Under the pieces are notes generated by a model that did not search any database, had not been told where the DNA came from, and was given only the letters and a program-made list of their open reading frames with translations. From Trichinella spiralis (taxonomy: Eukaryota): a stretch of 64,000 nt of DNA. Shown piece by piece: positions 41,901 to 56,100 of the stretch. A program made the translations under genes and the position numbers. The stretch's first letter is position 1; every line of letters starts with the position of its first letter. The DNA lies in NCBI RefSeq assembly GCF_000181795.1, contig NW_003526943.1:8473472-8537471 (forward strand). Reading direction: 5' to 3'.

Positions 41901-44900
41901 AGCAATATTTATTAAATATATTTCAATTTTTGTAAAAATATTGCTCTAAAAGTTATGCAAATGTGATATATGGTATATTACAGAAGTGGATTTCTATTCC
42001 AAGAAACAGTGAAGCATGTTTATTTAGGAAAGATATAATAACATGCTCTGTTAGTTATTAAAATTTGAAGGTAATTATCAAAATATATATTAACAATATC
42101 AGCTAACTATCAGTTCAAGTTTGATTGCTTGTCAAGCTTAATGGTTCAGCATAGGACCGAATGCATTTCAAAAATTGTTTACATCATAGTATGTCGTAAA
42201 TTACAATTTCATAAATTAATAAAGGTTTGCATTAATTGACCACCGTAAATTTCTGCTTAGCAGTGTAACTTAATCAATAATTGTTCGTGAACAACGTGTG
42301 TATCTTTATTTCAAGGTTATAATTTATCACGCATTACTAGAAGTTACCAAAATCAGAGCTGTAATATTCTTAGGCTTCAGCAAGCATTCTATTAACATAT
42401 TGCATATTAATTTTCATTTACTGTAATCTTTTTCATTGAATAACATAACAATAATAAAATAACAGAACCATAGATTTAAATAAAATTGAACATTCTTGAA
42501 ATGTAAAAATAAAGTTATGTTATGTTACTAAGTTATGTTATGCAATTTCACAGTATGTTATAATATTACAAAATACAGCATAAAAGAATAATGTGAAACT
42601 GTTTAGAATAAAATTTTATTTAATAAAAAGTCAAAACTTTTCCAATGTTGTCCAACTACAATTATTTATAAAAGCTGAATGTAAATAAAGTGTAGTAAAG
42701 CATTTCATGTGATTTGATTTGAAACGTTAATTTGCAATAATTTTTGTGCCCTGCATATTACTACCAGCCGGTAATTAAAAGACACGTTCACATCGATTCA
42801 ATACTCTGCATTTCATTAAATGAATGACAAGTTCAGTTGTAAATTGCATAACATCAGCATTATGTGATGTTACGGCTTCTGTTTTGTTATTTTGTTATGC
42901 TATGCAAAATCAATTAACTGCCTATCATGCAGTTTAATTTATTTTCAATGTTTTATATTAATCAGGCTGTATGAAAAAAATATTTTGGATAATAATAAAA
43001 CAGCATCAGCATTCATTTTTAACGTCAACTTTTAAAGTAATGAGATTTTCATAATTTTTGCAATTTGGAAGGTGTTTAAAATTCAAATAAATGGTTGTAA
43101 CGTGAAATAAAATGAATGAACACAAAGATTAAAAATTACAGAAGGCTATAAAGGGTGCTACTTCTGTTGAAATTTTAGAAAGCAAATATATGACCATTCA
43201 AGAAAATTGAAAAATCTAAAAACAAGTAATATAAAACTTTTGAACCATATTGTATAATTAAGCAATAAATAATGTTTTACATAACTGATTTCCTTGTATA
43301 ATTTTAAATGTAACATAAAAAAAGAACTAATAAAAGCTAAAAAAGAAATTAAAGGCAGCAGTTCACACGAAATAAGCTTATGAACTTGAATTTCAAGATT
43401 TATGAAAAACTTATAAATTCTCATTAATTTCATTTTAAATTCAAAATATAATGGTCAAAAGCTTATTAATTAATATGCTTGTCATTTTAACTATTAAAAA
43501 ATTTTTTGGCATTACATTTTATAGATTGTTGTTTCAAAACAGTTAAAGAATAGCATTCAAAAGATATTATAAATGCTTCATTTAACTTCTTAATTTATTT
43601 ATTATCTACTTAAATAGTTCAGAATCAATTGTAACAATTCAAAATAGAATACTCAGAATTATTCAATTTTATCAATCTTAAACATGAAGTAATTTCAATT
43701 TTTAAAACAGCCTTCATTTAAGGCAACTTGATTTATATCTATGTGCTACTGTAGTTACATGTTTTATATTTAAATTACAGTATTTACTGAGACTGTTATT
43801 TGGAAATAAATTAAACGACATTGAATGAAAGTTGAAATGAAGCTAAATGTTGAGAATTTTAAGTCAAATTTATTTTTTCTTAGTTGAGGTATTTAAGTAT
43901 TGCTTCATTTTGAATATTTTTCATTTCAAAAAGATGTGAAATTACAAGAATGTCAAGTAGTAAATTTAAATCAGAGGATTTTCATACAGACAGTTGATTT
44001 AATTCAATATGTTACTGAAAATTGTCATCGTCGTTGCAGTTTTGAATAGAAATTTCAAAAAAATTAAGAACTTCACGTTAAACATATTATTTTTCCTCAC
44101 TTATACATATACAATAATGTGCATAATACAGTAATGTAATATAATATGATTATGGAAGCTTATTTTAAATATTCTATTTTATTTATTTTAAATGGCTTGA
44201 TTACTTTTAATTTTTTATTTAACCTTATTTTCAATGCACATTAATGCATCTTGTCGAAGGAAAAGTAGCTAAAAGTTTTTTTGATTCATTTTGGATATTG
44301 AAATGCAACTAAAATTAAGCTAGCTCATTATTTATTATTTTAATTGAAGAACATACATAATTTAACAAAGTTAGTTAATTAATAAGTTCATTTTTTGACT
44401 GGCTTTGTGAGCATCAACGTTTTTATATGCATCCCAAAAAAGAAGCCATCATAAAAGCGATCTGTAGAAAAAGCATAGAATTAATCATTTAAGCATCAAT
44501 CAGATTTTTCCACAAATTATTTCTTATGTTTTTACGTACACATATGCGTAAGAGCAAATCAAGCCTAATTTATTTAGTAATAATTTAAAACGTTTTAGAA
44601 ACCGAATAAACTAAATAAAAGTAGGTAAAACAACAGCTATGTTACCGCTTTATTTATTAATTTTGAAATATCTTGCAAATTGAAGCAATTAATTCAACGG
44701 AGTTTGACGTCTGATGTTTTACATATTCCATGTTTAAATTAATTATTTCATTAATATTCATTGTTTAAATTAAAATAAATGCCAGTATGCACATAATTTT
44801 AATTTATTTCATGTCTGTTAATAACAAAATTTGAATGAGGTAAAATAAAGGGGTCAATTTAAGCAAATGTTAGGTGGATCACAAAAATGCCATTAGTTCA

Positions 44901-47900
44901 AATTTATTTTCAAATGATAATATTGCAGGAAGTTTCTTCATTGCTGAAAATATAAATAAATTATATAAATTTATTGTTTTATATTCCAGCAGCACTCCAG
45001 TAATATATTAGAGTGCTTTTATTTTTTTATTAAAAATTAAAAATTAAGTTGTAAATAATAGTAACTATATTTATGTTTCGCATGCTTTAATATGATAATA
45101 CTGTTAAAATTTTTCAATTAAATTACTGCACACTATATTTCATTTAAAGGGAAATTTTGGTATTCAAAATAATTACAACAATATTTAAAATAATTTACAA
45201 ATTATAATACATCAATAAATGTTATAAGTATCTATAAACAAGGAAGCAAGTAGATCTGTATATGTAAATCTCTGTATCTCTGTATCTTTATACTATCGTG
45301 TTTAAATTACATCATATACTTTTCACCTGATAATCAAATGTTAGTAAAACAAAAACAAGCAACAGTAACCACAATTTCAATGTTGAACTGCTTTAAAATC
45401 TGTGTGTAATGTGATATTTAAAAATTAATAATGAAGAGAAATCGCCAATATTATTTATTAACTTATTACGTGGTTTCATCAATGTTAATTAATAAAAAAG
45501 TTGTTTTTGTCCATATTAAATAAGTCAGAAATTAACAACTAATTTAAATTTTATGAATCAGTGCATTTTTATTAAATTTTCTTTATAAATGATTATTATG
45601 CGCTCTTATAAGTGATTTTGATATCAAAATTTTCAAATATGGATGTAAATTCATCCAACATATGTCTTGCTTCAAAGTAACTTGATTTTAAAGTTATTTT
45701 CTGTGTTAAGGGAACCTTTGCTATGATATTGTAAAGCAAAATGCAAATATAAATTTTCACAAAATTTACTGACAGAATTTACTCACAAAAAAGATAAATA
45801 AATAAATAAATAAAACAACAATTCAATGTTATATTAAAAGTAAAAAGTGCCTTAATTTATTTTTTATTTTTCCACTTTTTGCTAATTCGCACTTTCATGT
45901 CTTGCATTTTGTATTTTAATTGCACTTGAATAAACAGTGCATGACAGTATTATGCAAAAAGTGATCAAATCAAATCAAGTGATCAGTTCAAAAAAATATA
46001 AAGAACAACAAAATAACATATAATAAAATATGCGTATGTACATGAATATTAATAAGAAAGTTATTTTTCGAAATTTAAAAATTCATCATCATAAATAACA
46101 TTTATCAATAAAAGTGAACTTCACATGTTAAGCAATTATTAATAAATAAAAATTAATCATATATTCTTCATTTTTGCGAATAAATATGCACATTAAATTG
46201 GAAAGGTGATATTTTATTCTCTAAATTTACAGATTCATAAATAAAAGTGAAATTGCTGTCAATATCTACAAAAAGGAAAAAGAAAGAAAGAAAATATTCG
46301 CATTTCAACATAAAAATTTCTTTATTTTGCTACGGTTTTGGCAAAAATGGATTTCGTTTTATTTTCTTTAGCATTAATTACCAGGATTATTTTAAAACCA
46401 TGGAAATAAGATAAGATTGTAAAAATGATGATGCACTGATCAACTGCGAAAAGATTTCATGACGTTTCAAACGTATACATGCATTTTTCTTTTTTATAAA
46501 TGTGAGTGCATTTTCACTTACATCTAATTATAATGCAACATTAGTTATTAGTAAAATTAACGACTGCACTGTAATATGACTTTTTTGTTTGCTACTGGTA
46601 TTTAATGCAGTCTTAATCATTTTTTAAAATGTTCAATACTTTGAAAGATTTATTCTTTTAAGCAGCTCTTGCTAAGCCTCTTAAATGCGGTCTGTTTTCA
46701 TTGCCTTTTTCTGTTAAATTAAATTTCGGTAAAGCATACACTATATAAGATGTCATTTTCATCTTTTTCAATATGATAAAATTCGACTGGAAGTAAAATT
46801 ATAAATTTTTTTGAAATCTTAAATGGGTGCATACGAAAAAGTAATATAGCAATGTAACTTCAGCAGCTTGTAACTTTAATTTTACAATATACATTCTTTT
46901 ATTTCATAAAAAAATGCAGTTTACTAAAATTGCTACTAGAGCAAAAACTGGTGTCATTATTTACTATTTTATCAGAATATTAAATATTGAGAATTTTAAT
47001 AAATTAAAATTACATCAGCTTTATTTCTTTATTGAGTAACAAATTTTAAAAAATATAGTATGCTATTTGAGTAGGCATGAATTTAATAAATTAAGAAAAC
47101 GTGCATCATGGAAAATGAACCAATCAGCTTGTTGCCATACAACAAAAGGGCTTTTTGATTTTACAGTACAACAGTGTCAGTGATCTGTGCTTTTTCAAAT
47201 TTTATTTCTTTCCATTTAACTATAATATTTTTTTGCTTTTTTAAAAAAATTGACAGAAGCATTGTGGTAAATTTTTTTTCTCACTTCATAATGTTTGTCA
47301 AATAAAATTTCAATGAAATTATACATATATTTTTAACAGTAAAAAAAGCAAGAAACTATTTAACAATAATTTTAATAATTTGAAATTTGAGAAAAGGAAA
47401 TAAGAAAATATAAAAGTAAAAATTCATACGGTATTGTTTTACCTATAATAAAATACAGCTGAAAGCTGATTGAATATCTTTAAGAAAATTTAAGTCTCTA
47501 AAAGTGATTGATCGCTGTTAATTCCCTTTTGAAATATTATTGCCTGTTGGAATTGCAGCTTTTCATAAGCAGCCTTTTTCTTCCCTGATGTGCAAATACT
47601 GATAGCAGTTGTGCATTTTCTTTGCATATAGGAAATTAATTAAAATCATTATCAGAAGTGTTTACTCTTTCTCCTCACACCTACTGCATGCAAATTAAAC
47701 TTTATTCTTCTTCCAAATTAATACATTAACTGTGGTAATTTGAATGCGACGTTTATTAAGTTTTAAAATTCAACCAACAAAATAGTAATTATTCCAGTGC
47801 TGTATAGTGGAAAATTCTCATTAAACATCAATGTTAAAAGGTTTTTACTCATATTCTAAAATTCTTATTACTCATTACGGAGAAATAATTTAAAAAAATT

Positions 47901-50900
47901 TCGAATTGCCACTATTAGTTTGAAACGAAATGTTTTGTAGTGAAAGTGACAGAATAGCATTTGTCAATGAAGCACACATTCCTAATAACAATCCACTACT
48001 GCTTACGCAATAAGCATTAATTTCACAGGACAGTGAAAATCAATTTTATTACCAAGCTTTCTAAATGTGAGCATTGAAACTTTGTACATAAGCAGTGCAC
48101 TGAATAATGAAACCTTCAGACAGAAATAAGTGAAGGAAAACCTACTAACACTCTAGAACCATCCATTCAACCACTAGTGTTGTTTAGCTAACTTATAACC
48201 AGGTAAATGTTCATTTTGCTTTAGATTTCAGTGAATATCATTCGTAAAGGATTTTAATATTATAATTTGAATTTTTAATAAATACAAATTTATATCAGGA
48301 ATGAATTTAAATCCATGTTTTTTGAAATATTTTTCATAGTTAAACATTTAATTCAAAAAAATCTTTATATTTATGAATGTAATATGTGTAATGTTTTGTA
48401 ATCCATGTCATGCATGCATAGTATGTAAGTAAAGAATTGATTGTTTATTATCTGAATCGAATGAAATTAATGCCATTTAAAAGTAACTTCTTTCCTTTTG
48501 AAGTTTTAATTACTTGTAATTTTTATTTATAAAAACATTAGCAATGCTTTTGTTCAACTTACCACACTTGCAATTGTAATGGCATCAAAAAAGTGCTAAG
48601 CTAAGCGAACATCTAACCTGCAATGCATTTGAGCTGCAACAGAAATGATGTGATAAACAAACAACATAAGCGCTTAAATTATGGAGCGGCGAAAGCTTTT
48701 TAAACATTTATGCTATCGTTTTTGTATTATTCAAATCAGCATAATCAAACTGAAATTAAGCCAGTTGCTAGAGTAGCATAAAAATGAAACATTCTTCGGC
48801 ATCTGAAATTGATAAATTGAACATTAAAATTAAATAGTGAAATTATGCGCTTAATTTAAAATGTATGACCAGTTTTTATTATGAAGATTATTATATGATG
48901 TATTTTTAATGAAATTTTAACACAAACTTTAAATATCCAATTATGTTACAGGCACAAACTTATATTCAGTGCTGCGCTGATTGTATGGTCAATTTTATGT
49001 CAACGTTGATGCTTTTTAATAGATTAAAAAATTTAGTTCAATATTTGTTGTATACATGAATGAAAAATAGAAAATTATTTTTTGCGTAATTTTTTAATTT
49101 GCTGGCATATATGCATTCTATTGGTCATCAAAACAAGGCGGAAAACTTTTAAGCATTGTAAAATGAACATTCAAAAGTGGAAACGCCATTTTCTTACTCT
49201 ATTTCTTATTCTCTCAAGTTTTACATTTTTATTTATAAATATAATACATTTCAAAATTATTTTATTTAAATATAAATACTTAGTTAGATATTTCCAAAGG
49301 TTATAACTGCTCTGTAAATAAGCATAACAATATTGAATATAACTCATTAAATATTTTTTAAATAATAATAATTTATTATAAACACATTAAAATTTGGGTT
49401 GTTTGCAAGAACTAATTTTAAAATGCCTCTACTTTTATTTTAAAAATATCTTATTCATATAATAGCAATATATGATAGTAACTGTTACTGATAATGTATG
49501 GAAATGAACTGAAATGAAATTATTATTTAAAATTTATTAAAAAGGCAAACTTTTTCAACAAAAAGAGAAAAATACAAAAAATTACCATTGCTACTTCAAT
49601 CTATGTGTATATTTAATTGTTTCTGGTGTGACTTTGAATCAATTCATTATCAATGAAATATTAGAGATTAAATTATTTAATAGTAAAAAAATTAAATTGG
49701 AAAATTATTAAAACATTGAAATTAATATTAAATTTTGCGCATGCAGTTGTTACGAATTTAATTTTTTAATTTTTAATACAGAACGCAATATTTTCATCAG
49801 TTGGAGTCAAGTTGAAATAAATAAATACATTGCTTAATGAGAAATGATAAAATGAAAAAAAGGAAATAGAATAAGCACTGATGCTTAATTCATGCGCTGC
49901 ATGTTCAAGCAGAATGAAAACTGAATTGACATGACGGTCATGAACATTTATAGAATATTATGTAGAATGAAGTGATGGGTGTCATCTTCATTTAGTGGTG
50001 TTACGTTTTATCACACATCACAAATCGCAAAATTCACACATCAAAAGATTTGCATGTACAATTGCAATCAACATCCATTGTTGCAAATCATTTATTGAAA
50101 TAATTTTATTCATTTGAAATTAACATTTCATTTGCTTCGATATTTTTATCGAAAAAGCAAAGAAAATGGCAATGTGCTTCACCATTTTTTTGCTTGAGCA
50201 CATGAGATTTTTTGACGTTGTACAGTGAGGAAACTAAATTACTGGCATGACAGTGGGGGTGCACGTTAGTGCACAAAATGGTCAAGAAATAAATGAAGAA
50301 AATGAATTAACAACTGCAATTAAAGTTAGCAATGAAAGAAAAATAAATTTCTTTTCAAACATTAATTTGCATTTAATTGCTTCCAAAATTGACAAAAACG
50401 TATTATTGTTATTGACACCAGTGGATGTAGATGACAATTTCAACAAGTAGCAGAAGTAATTAGATGACGAATTGCGTTGACAAGTGATTCAGTTTTGACA
50501 CAAGAAAGAGCGTTCATTAGATTAATTTCATTGCAAATCCGCCGCATCTGCTAAATAATCTCGGAATAGGGACGAAAAAATCGAAGTGATTAAAACCATA
50601 AGCCGGAAATTGAAATAATGACACGTAATGAATTTTAAAAATTGCAAAGGCTCCAAATGTGCTTGTGATTCTGCAAAAAATTTTTTTTGTAATTCCTGTG
50701 ATTACTGCTTTTTTTTGCTGATTGATTTCCAATTGATTTAGTAGCAGGCATTAAAGGTATTGATTTAAAGAATGTGAAACTCACAAACACTTCATAATAC
50801 TAAAATAATTTTATTAGTAACGTCCATTAAAAAAGCATATGTTGGAAGTTTATCACAAATTTCTTTACACTCGATCACCATGATCTTTAGCAATTCTTTT

Positions 50901-51996
50901 TGCTGTAATGTTTTGTTTTAGAATCGTTTATCAATTATTTTCTATCATTGCATTTTTTATTTTGTGAGTATACCAAGAATTGTTAAGCGTTCAATAAGTT
51001 AGACTTCTTTTTTCTGAAGCTTTTGCTAAATTTTGAACTTTTATCAGTATTCTTTGTTTTTAATTTTCTCTTTTTTGGAACCATACGCATCTTGGCTAGT
51101 GCATATATTCAACTTTCATCATGTATGTGGTATCTCTTTCCTGTTTTGAAATTTTTGATGTTCTTTACAGCTTTTGCTTTAATTCTTTGTTCTAGCCTAA
51201 ACATTTAGATTATTTTTTCATTGTTTTCCTGAAAAAATTTCAAAATAATTTATGTTTTTAATTTTTATTTTCCATTTAATCTGCTTTCAGGCCTAAATAA
51301 TATTTGATTTTCTTTTCTTATATTCAAATGTTAAAATTTAAATTTTCATACATTCCTCTATAGTAGTATTTCGTGGTGCTTAATTTGTTATATCCTTGAG
51401 TTTATGAAAATACAGTTATATATATATATATATTTATTTATTTATTTATTTGATTTAATTTAATTTCATTACCTTTATTTTTATTAAAAATTTCAGACCG
51501 ATAAAAATTGGCATAGAGTGATAATTTTGCACATACATATAACATTTATCAGATTGAAGTTTAAACATTGTTACATTCGTTTAAAGCAAAATATTGTACT
51601 TTTAGTTATTTTCATTTAGATGCCAATTATGCTTCACATAAATACACAATTTACGACCATTTAAAAATTATCATATGCTTTTTGAACACTTTTAAGAACA
51701 TTTATCGAAATAATAAAAAAGTCCATTTCAGTGCTGCTATTAAACATTTAAATGAAAAGCTATATGAGAAACAGGAACTTATTCAATTTTTATCAATAAA
51801 TCATAATTAAGGGTAATTTTTTAAATAAAACTGCTATTCTTACGTTGTTTAGTTTTCTGAAAGTACTAAATAAATGCATTGTACAGTAAATAACTAACAG
51901 TTTATTGATGTTTTATTTTGTACTACTTTGATTTATGCAAACAATTTGGAATAATCAGTTGTATAATCTTAAAATTTATTTTAGCGATCGAGTGTC

Positions 51997-52493
51997 ATGG
52001 AAAAACATATAAAATCTTTGCTTTTCGCAGTTATTGTCTTCTTTACAACTTTATATTTGTCTGAAGCAAAAGTTCTTGAAGCTTGTACAGAATTAGAAGC
52101 AACAACTGGAAGAAATTCAATGAGCAGTTGCTTATGTCGTCTACAATATTTGTTGAATGCGATGAATGAGGAAATTCAAAATTTGGCGTTCAAATTGTAC
52201 AGCAACGAAGAAACACGTAAGTCAGAAGGCACATTCTAATATTATTCAGGAAAATAATTATTTTGCATGATTTCTATTTCAAATTTGATTGTTCAATTTT
52301 TTTTACTTCCAGGTAATATTCAATATAGCATTTAGCCTGATATGTAATGAATTTAATTTATTTTTCTTTTATTTCCATGTATAAATTTAAATGGCTGCTC
52401 AACGTGATTCATTATTTACTTTTAGCATCAGCATTACAATCCGGAGGAGTGATGTCAAAGCGAAAATATGAATTTTTAAGAATTGGAAAATAA
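51997..52493 (+). CDS. Neuropeptide precursor (flp-8/flp-14-like) predicted to release one KYEFLRIamide; exons 51997-52216 and 52426-52493
   Basis: Spliced product MEKHIKSLLFAVIVFFTTLYLSEAKVLEACTELEATTGRNSMSSCLCRLQYLLNAMNEEIQNLAFKLYSNEETPSALQSGGVMSKRKYEFLRIGK*. It has a signal peptide, a dibasic KR site and a Gly-Lys amidation signal. Donor is C|GTAAGT and acceptor TTTTAG|CA. Confidence 0.85.
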
Positions 52494-53196
52494 TAAACCT
52501 GCATCTTGCAGTATGCTACTTTTTGCAAACTTTCTATTAATTTTACTGTGCATTTTACTGCGGTCTGAATGAGAAATTTTCAGCTTTACAAAATTTTTAT
52601 TGTACTTAACAAATTTCTGAAATATTAATTAGTAAATGAGTCTAAAAATGCAACTGTTCTGCTTCAAATAAAATCACTTTTTTAGGCAACTTTATAATAT
52701 AAACTTCAAGAAAATTTTGCAGTTATTTCAAACAATAAAGCATTATTCCATCAGACGCATCTTTATGTCTATTGTGTCTTATTACTTATCTATATCTTAC
52801 TCATGCCTTATGAGAATTTGAAGCGTTTGTAAATAATTTTAAGATTTGAACATTTAAAAAACAAAAATTCTTTTGTACAAGTATGTTTACTCTTATTTTC
52901 AGAAATAGTAATTTTTCATAATAATTAGAATCAACTAAAAAACATTTTTCAAAAAAATTTTTTTTATCTTGCTTACTATTGTCTTGTTTGTTTTATATGA
53001 AATAAAATTAGAAACTTAAATTATTAAATATGATCAAAATTGAATTATAAAAATAACAGTTAAATTATTAACTATTATAAAAACTTTATTAACAGTAAAT
53101 TCTAAGAAAATAAAAAGAATATTGAAATGCACAATAAATATTTTGTTATAATTTAATTGAAATTATTTTGCATATATTTTTCAATTGCACATGGTG

Positions 53197-56100
53197 TTAT
53201 AACATTGTGTCGCTTTCAATTTCTTGTGGAAGAAACATGGATGAAGAGTTTCGAGCTTTGAAAAATCTGCTGACGTTGCCGCCTTCCAGAGTCTCCATCT
53301 GAGCGATCCTATCAAATAAATAACGACCTCCCCCAATGCGAAGCAGCATGGTTCCTGTTTCTGCCAACCATTCTCGAATATGAGAACCTCTGGAAAATCT
53401 CCATTCATAGCCACTACCCTGCTGTTGGTTAAAGTGAACATCACCAAGCAAATTAACATTAAGGTTTTGCTTGATTTCAGCTAGCTTTTTTTCTGCCTGC
53501 AGTGTGTACGCATTGTTAATTTTGAAAAAAAAACTTAATTATTTAAAAATTACTTCGATAATTTCTGATCGAAGAGCTATGTTTTCATTTTGCAATGCAT
53601 TCAAACGTTCCTTGTATGTGTCTTGGGATGTTTTTACCTCCTGTTCTTCTGCATACGCTGGAACTTGACATATGTATTGAATCTGGGTAAGTAATTGCAA
53701 AAATTATAGAATAAGAAAATTATCAATGCATTATAATAATACTTTTGGAATAAAGATAAGACCCATAGATAAAAACGTAGATAATACTACAGTGACAGCA
53801 AAAAAGGCAAAACTTGCGTCGGGTTTAGATGAAATAATAATTTCCACGGGCGCAGTGATAAAGCACAATATCTAAATAATAGATCATTCAAAAATGAAAA
53901 ACTGCAAATTCTTTTAAAAATATACCGCCACATTATAAATTGCCATGCTAATTAAGCGAGAATCATTTAATAATTTGGTTTTAATTTTTCGACTTTCATA
54001 TGCCAGAAATAAACCAAAAAATAACAATATTCCTTTATATGAATATATAAGGCCTGAAAAAATGGAACAATTACAAATGAAAACTTCAATAACTTACTTA
54101 CCAATCCAAAGTTCGTGGTTATGACTGGTGCAATGTTCCATGAATATGCGAAGTCTGATGTTCTCTTCTACGTATTCAATGGAATCAAACGTTTCCACTG
54201 ATCTTCGCAAAGAATCAACTGAGATCCATACAATAACTATAGCTGTGTCTAGTCCAATTAAAAATCCAATAATGGCATAAAATTTCCATGTCTGAACCTT
54301 GTAATGAAAAGCATGACAACAGAAAAATATTAAATATCAGTATAATCGTCTACCCAATTTTTCATGGTTATATTTCCTAAACGGTGCACCATTAAAATTT
54401 TGCTAAACATTGCTCCATAAGAAAGCGTAAATCCATACATGATTGTCACAACTTGTCCCTAAATAGATAAATAAATAAAGAATTATAATAACTTCATAAA
54501 AATGCATGTTTGATACATAGCAAAATAAAGGAAAATATTTTTCCGAAATGCTGATTTCTTCTACAGGCAGTCCAAACAGCAGCATGGATACAAACATGAT
54601 AATAAAGCCAACCAACATAACATTGTTTACTTGAGGATGTGATTCTTTTATTACCCTAATTGATAGAAAAGAATTAATGCAAAATGCAAATGCATAATTT
54701 CATGCACTCACTTTCTATGACTGAAACAGATATTAAAAATAAGGAGCAGTATAGCCAAGGTAACACCCAAAAGTCCTAAGAGTCCAAATGCTAAATAAAG
54801 ATCAAAGTCAACGCTCAGCCATTTATCTTGAATTATAGTCTCGTCTGGTGGTATTTTATTAGCTGAAAAATAATACAGTTACTTAAATTGATTAAAAAAA
54901 ACGTTTTAAAAGTGCTATACCAACAAATTTTTCCTTGTTTAGCCAAGTCAAGTTCTCTGACCGATAATCGTAAAAGCCCATAATTTCATATTTCCCATCT
55001 ATTTTAAATTTTAAAAGCGTTTTATATTATGCAAAGTAAAGTAAATTAAACATATTCTATGAACACCTTGCAACTGCTCTATTTGAGTCAAGGCAATGCG
55101 CTCGCCTTTTTCTGAAAACATAACGTCACCCTTAAAATAAATGAACAAAATTATGAAATAAATACTAAAAGCTAATTTGAAGAGAAGTTAGAAAGAACCG
55201 AAACTCCTGTAAACTTTGTTTTCTTCATGCATAGCAGTATTTCTTTTGCTATTTCAGCGTTTTCATAAGTAAAGTCATTCAAAGACTGGTTACTCATTTC
55301 TAGATGATTCATCGTGCAGTTTAAAGCAATAGCGGCAGCCCTATAAATAAATAAATATTCTTGATAAAAAATGAAGACTTGGTGCATTATTGAAAACGTG
55401 CCATATTGCATCGTAGGCTAAAGGTGATTCTGGAAAACCACCAGTTATATTAGGCGCTTTTTCTAACATCCCGCTCAGTCGATGCACGAATTGTTTAGAA
55501 TTCTATAAAACAGCGTCTTTAAACGTATTCTCAAATATTACTGAACAGTATATTAAACCAACCATGCCTGATACCCCAGGTTTATTATCTTGACTGTGCA
55601 TTAAAGCTTCTGTGGTAAAATGATACTGAGTAGCCAGTTTCATTTGATCAGCAGTACAGTTGAGCATTTCACCACTTAGAGGTATGTACCAATCGTCTGG
55701 ATACCAACCAATTAAAAACCAGACGTATTTTCTACCGTACAATTTTTGCTTATACACTTCACAGAAAACCTTACGGGCTTCTTTTTCATAAAATAGACCA
55801 ACAAAAATTCGAGCATCCTGACGCTGAAAACATCCATCAGAATAAGCAGAAAAGCATAACAAGAAATTATTTAAAGAATGCCTTTACTTTAAGACTTCTT
55901 ACAGCTGCAGCAGGATCCCCGAAAAAGCTTTGTACAGAAAGTACTTTAATGTTGTTTATTTCACAACTTTCTTCAAGATCTGCTGCTGTCTTAAAAAAAC
56001 AGAATAATAAAAAAAAAGCTAAATTTCCCTTAATTTCGGTATGTCAGCACCGATCTGAACACTTCTTCGACTGATTGTAAAATTGCAATTTTTTGCCAAT

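Noticed and set aside
39500..51810. ORFs at 43158, 49082, 50247, 50517, 51023 and 51568 between the two neuropeptide genes
   Set aside because: Low-complexity AT-derived translations with no recognisable family or exon chain.
53181..53459. Alternative-frame 92-aa ORF over the last gbb-1 exon
   Set aside because: The splice phase from the coiled-coil exon selects the frame ending at 53197. There is no independent support for the overlapping frame.
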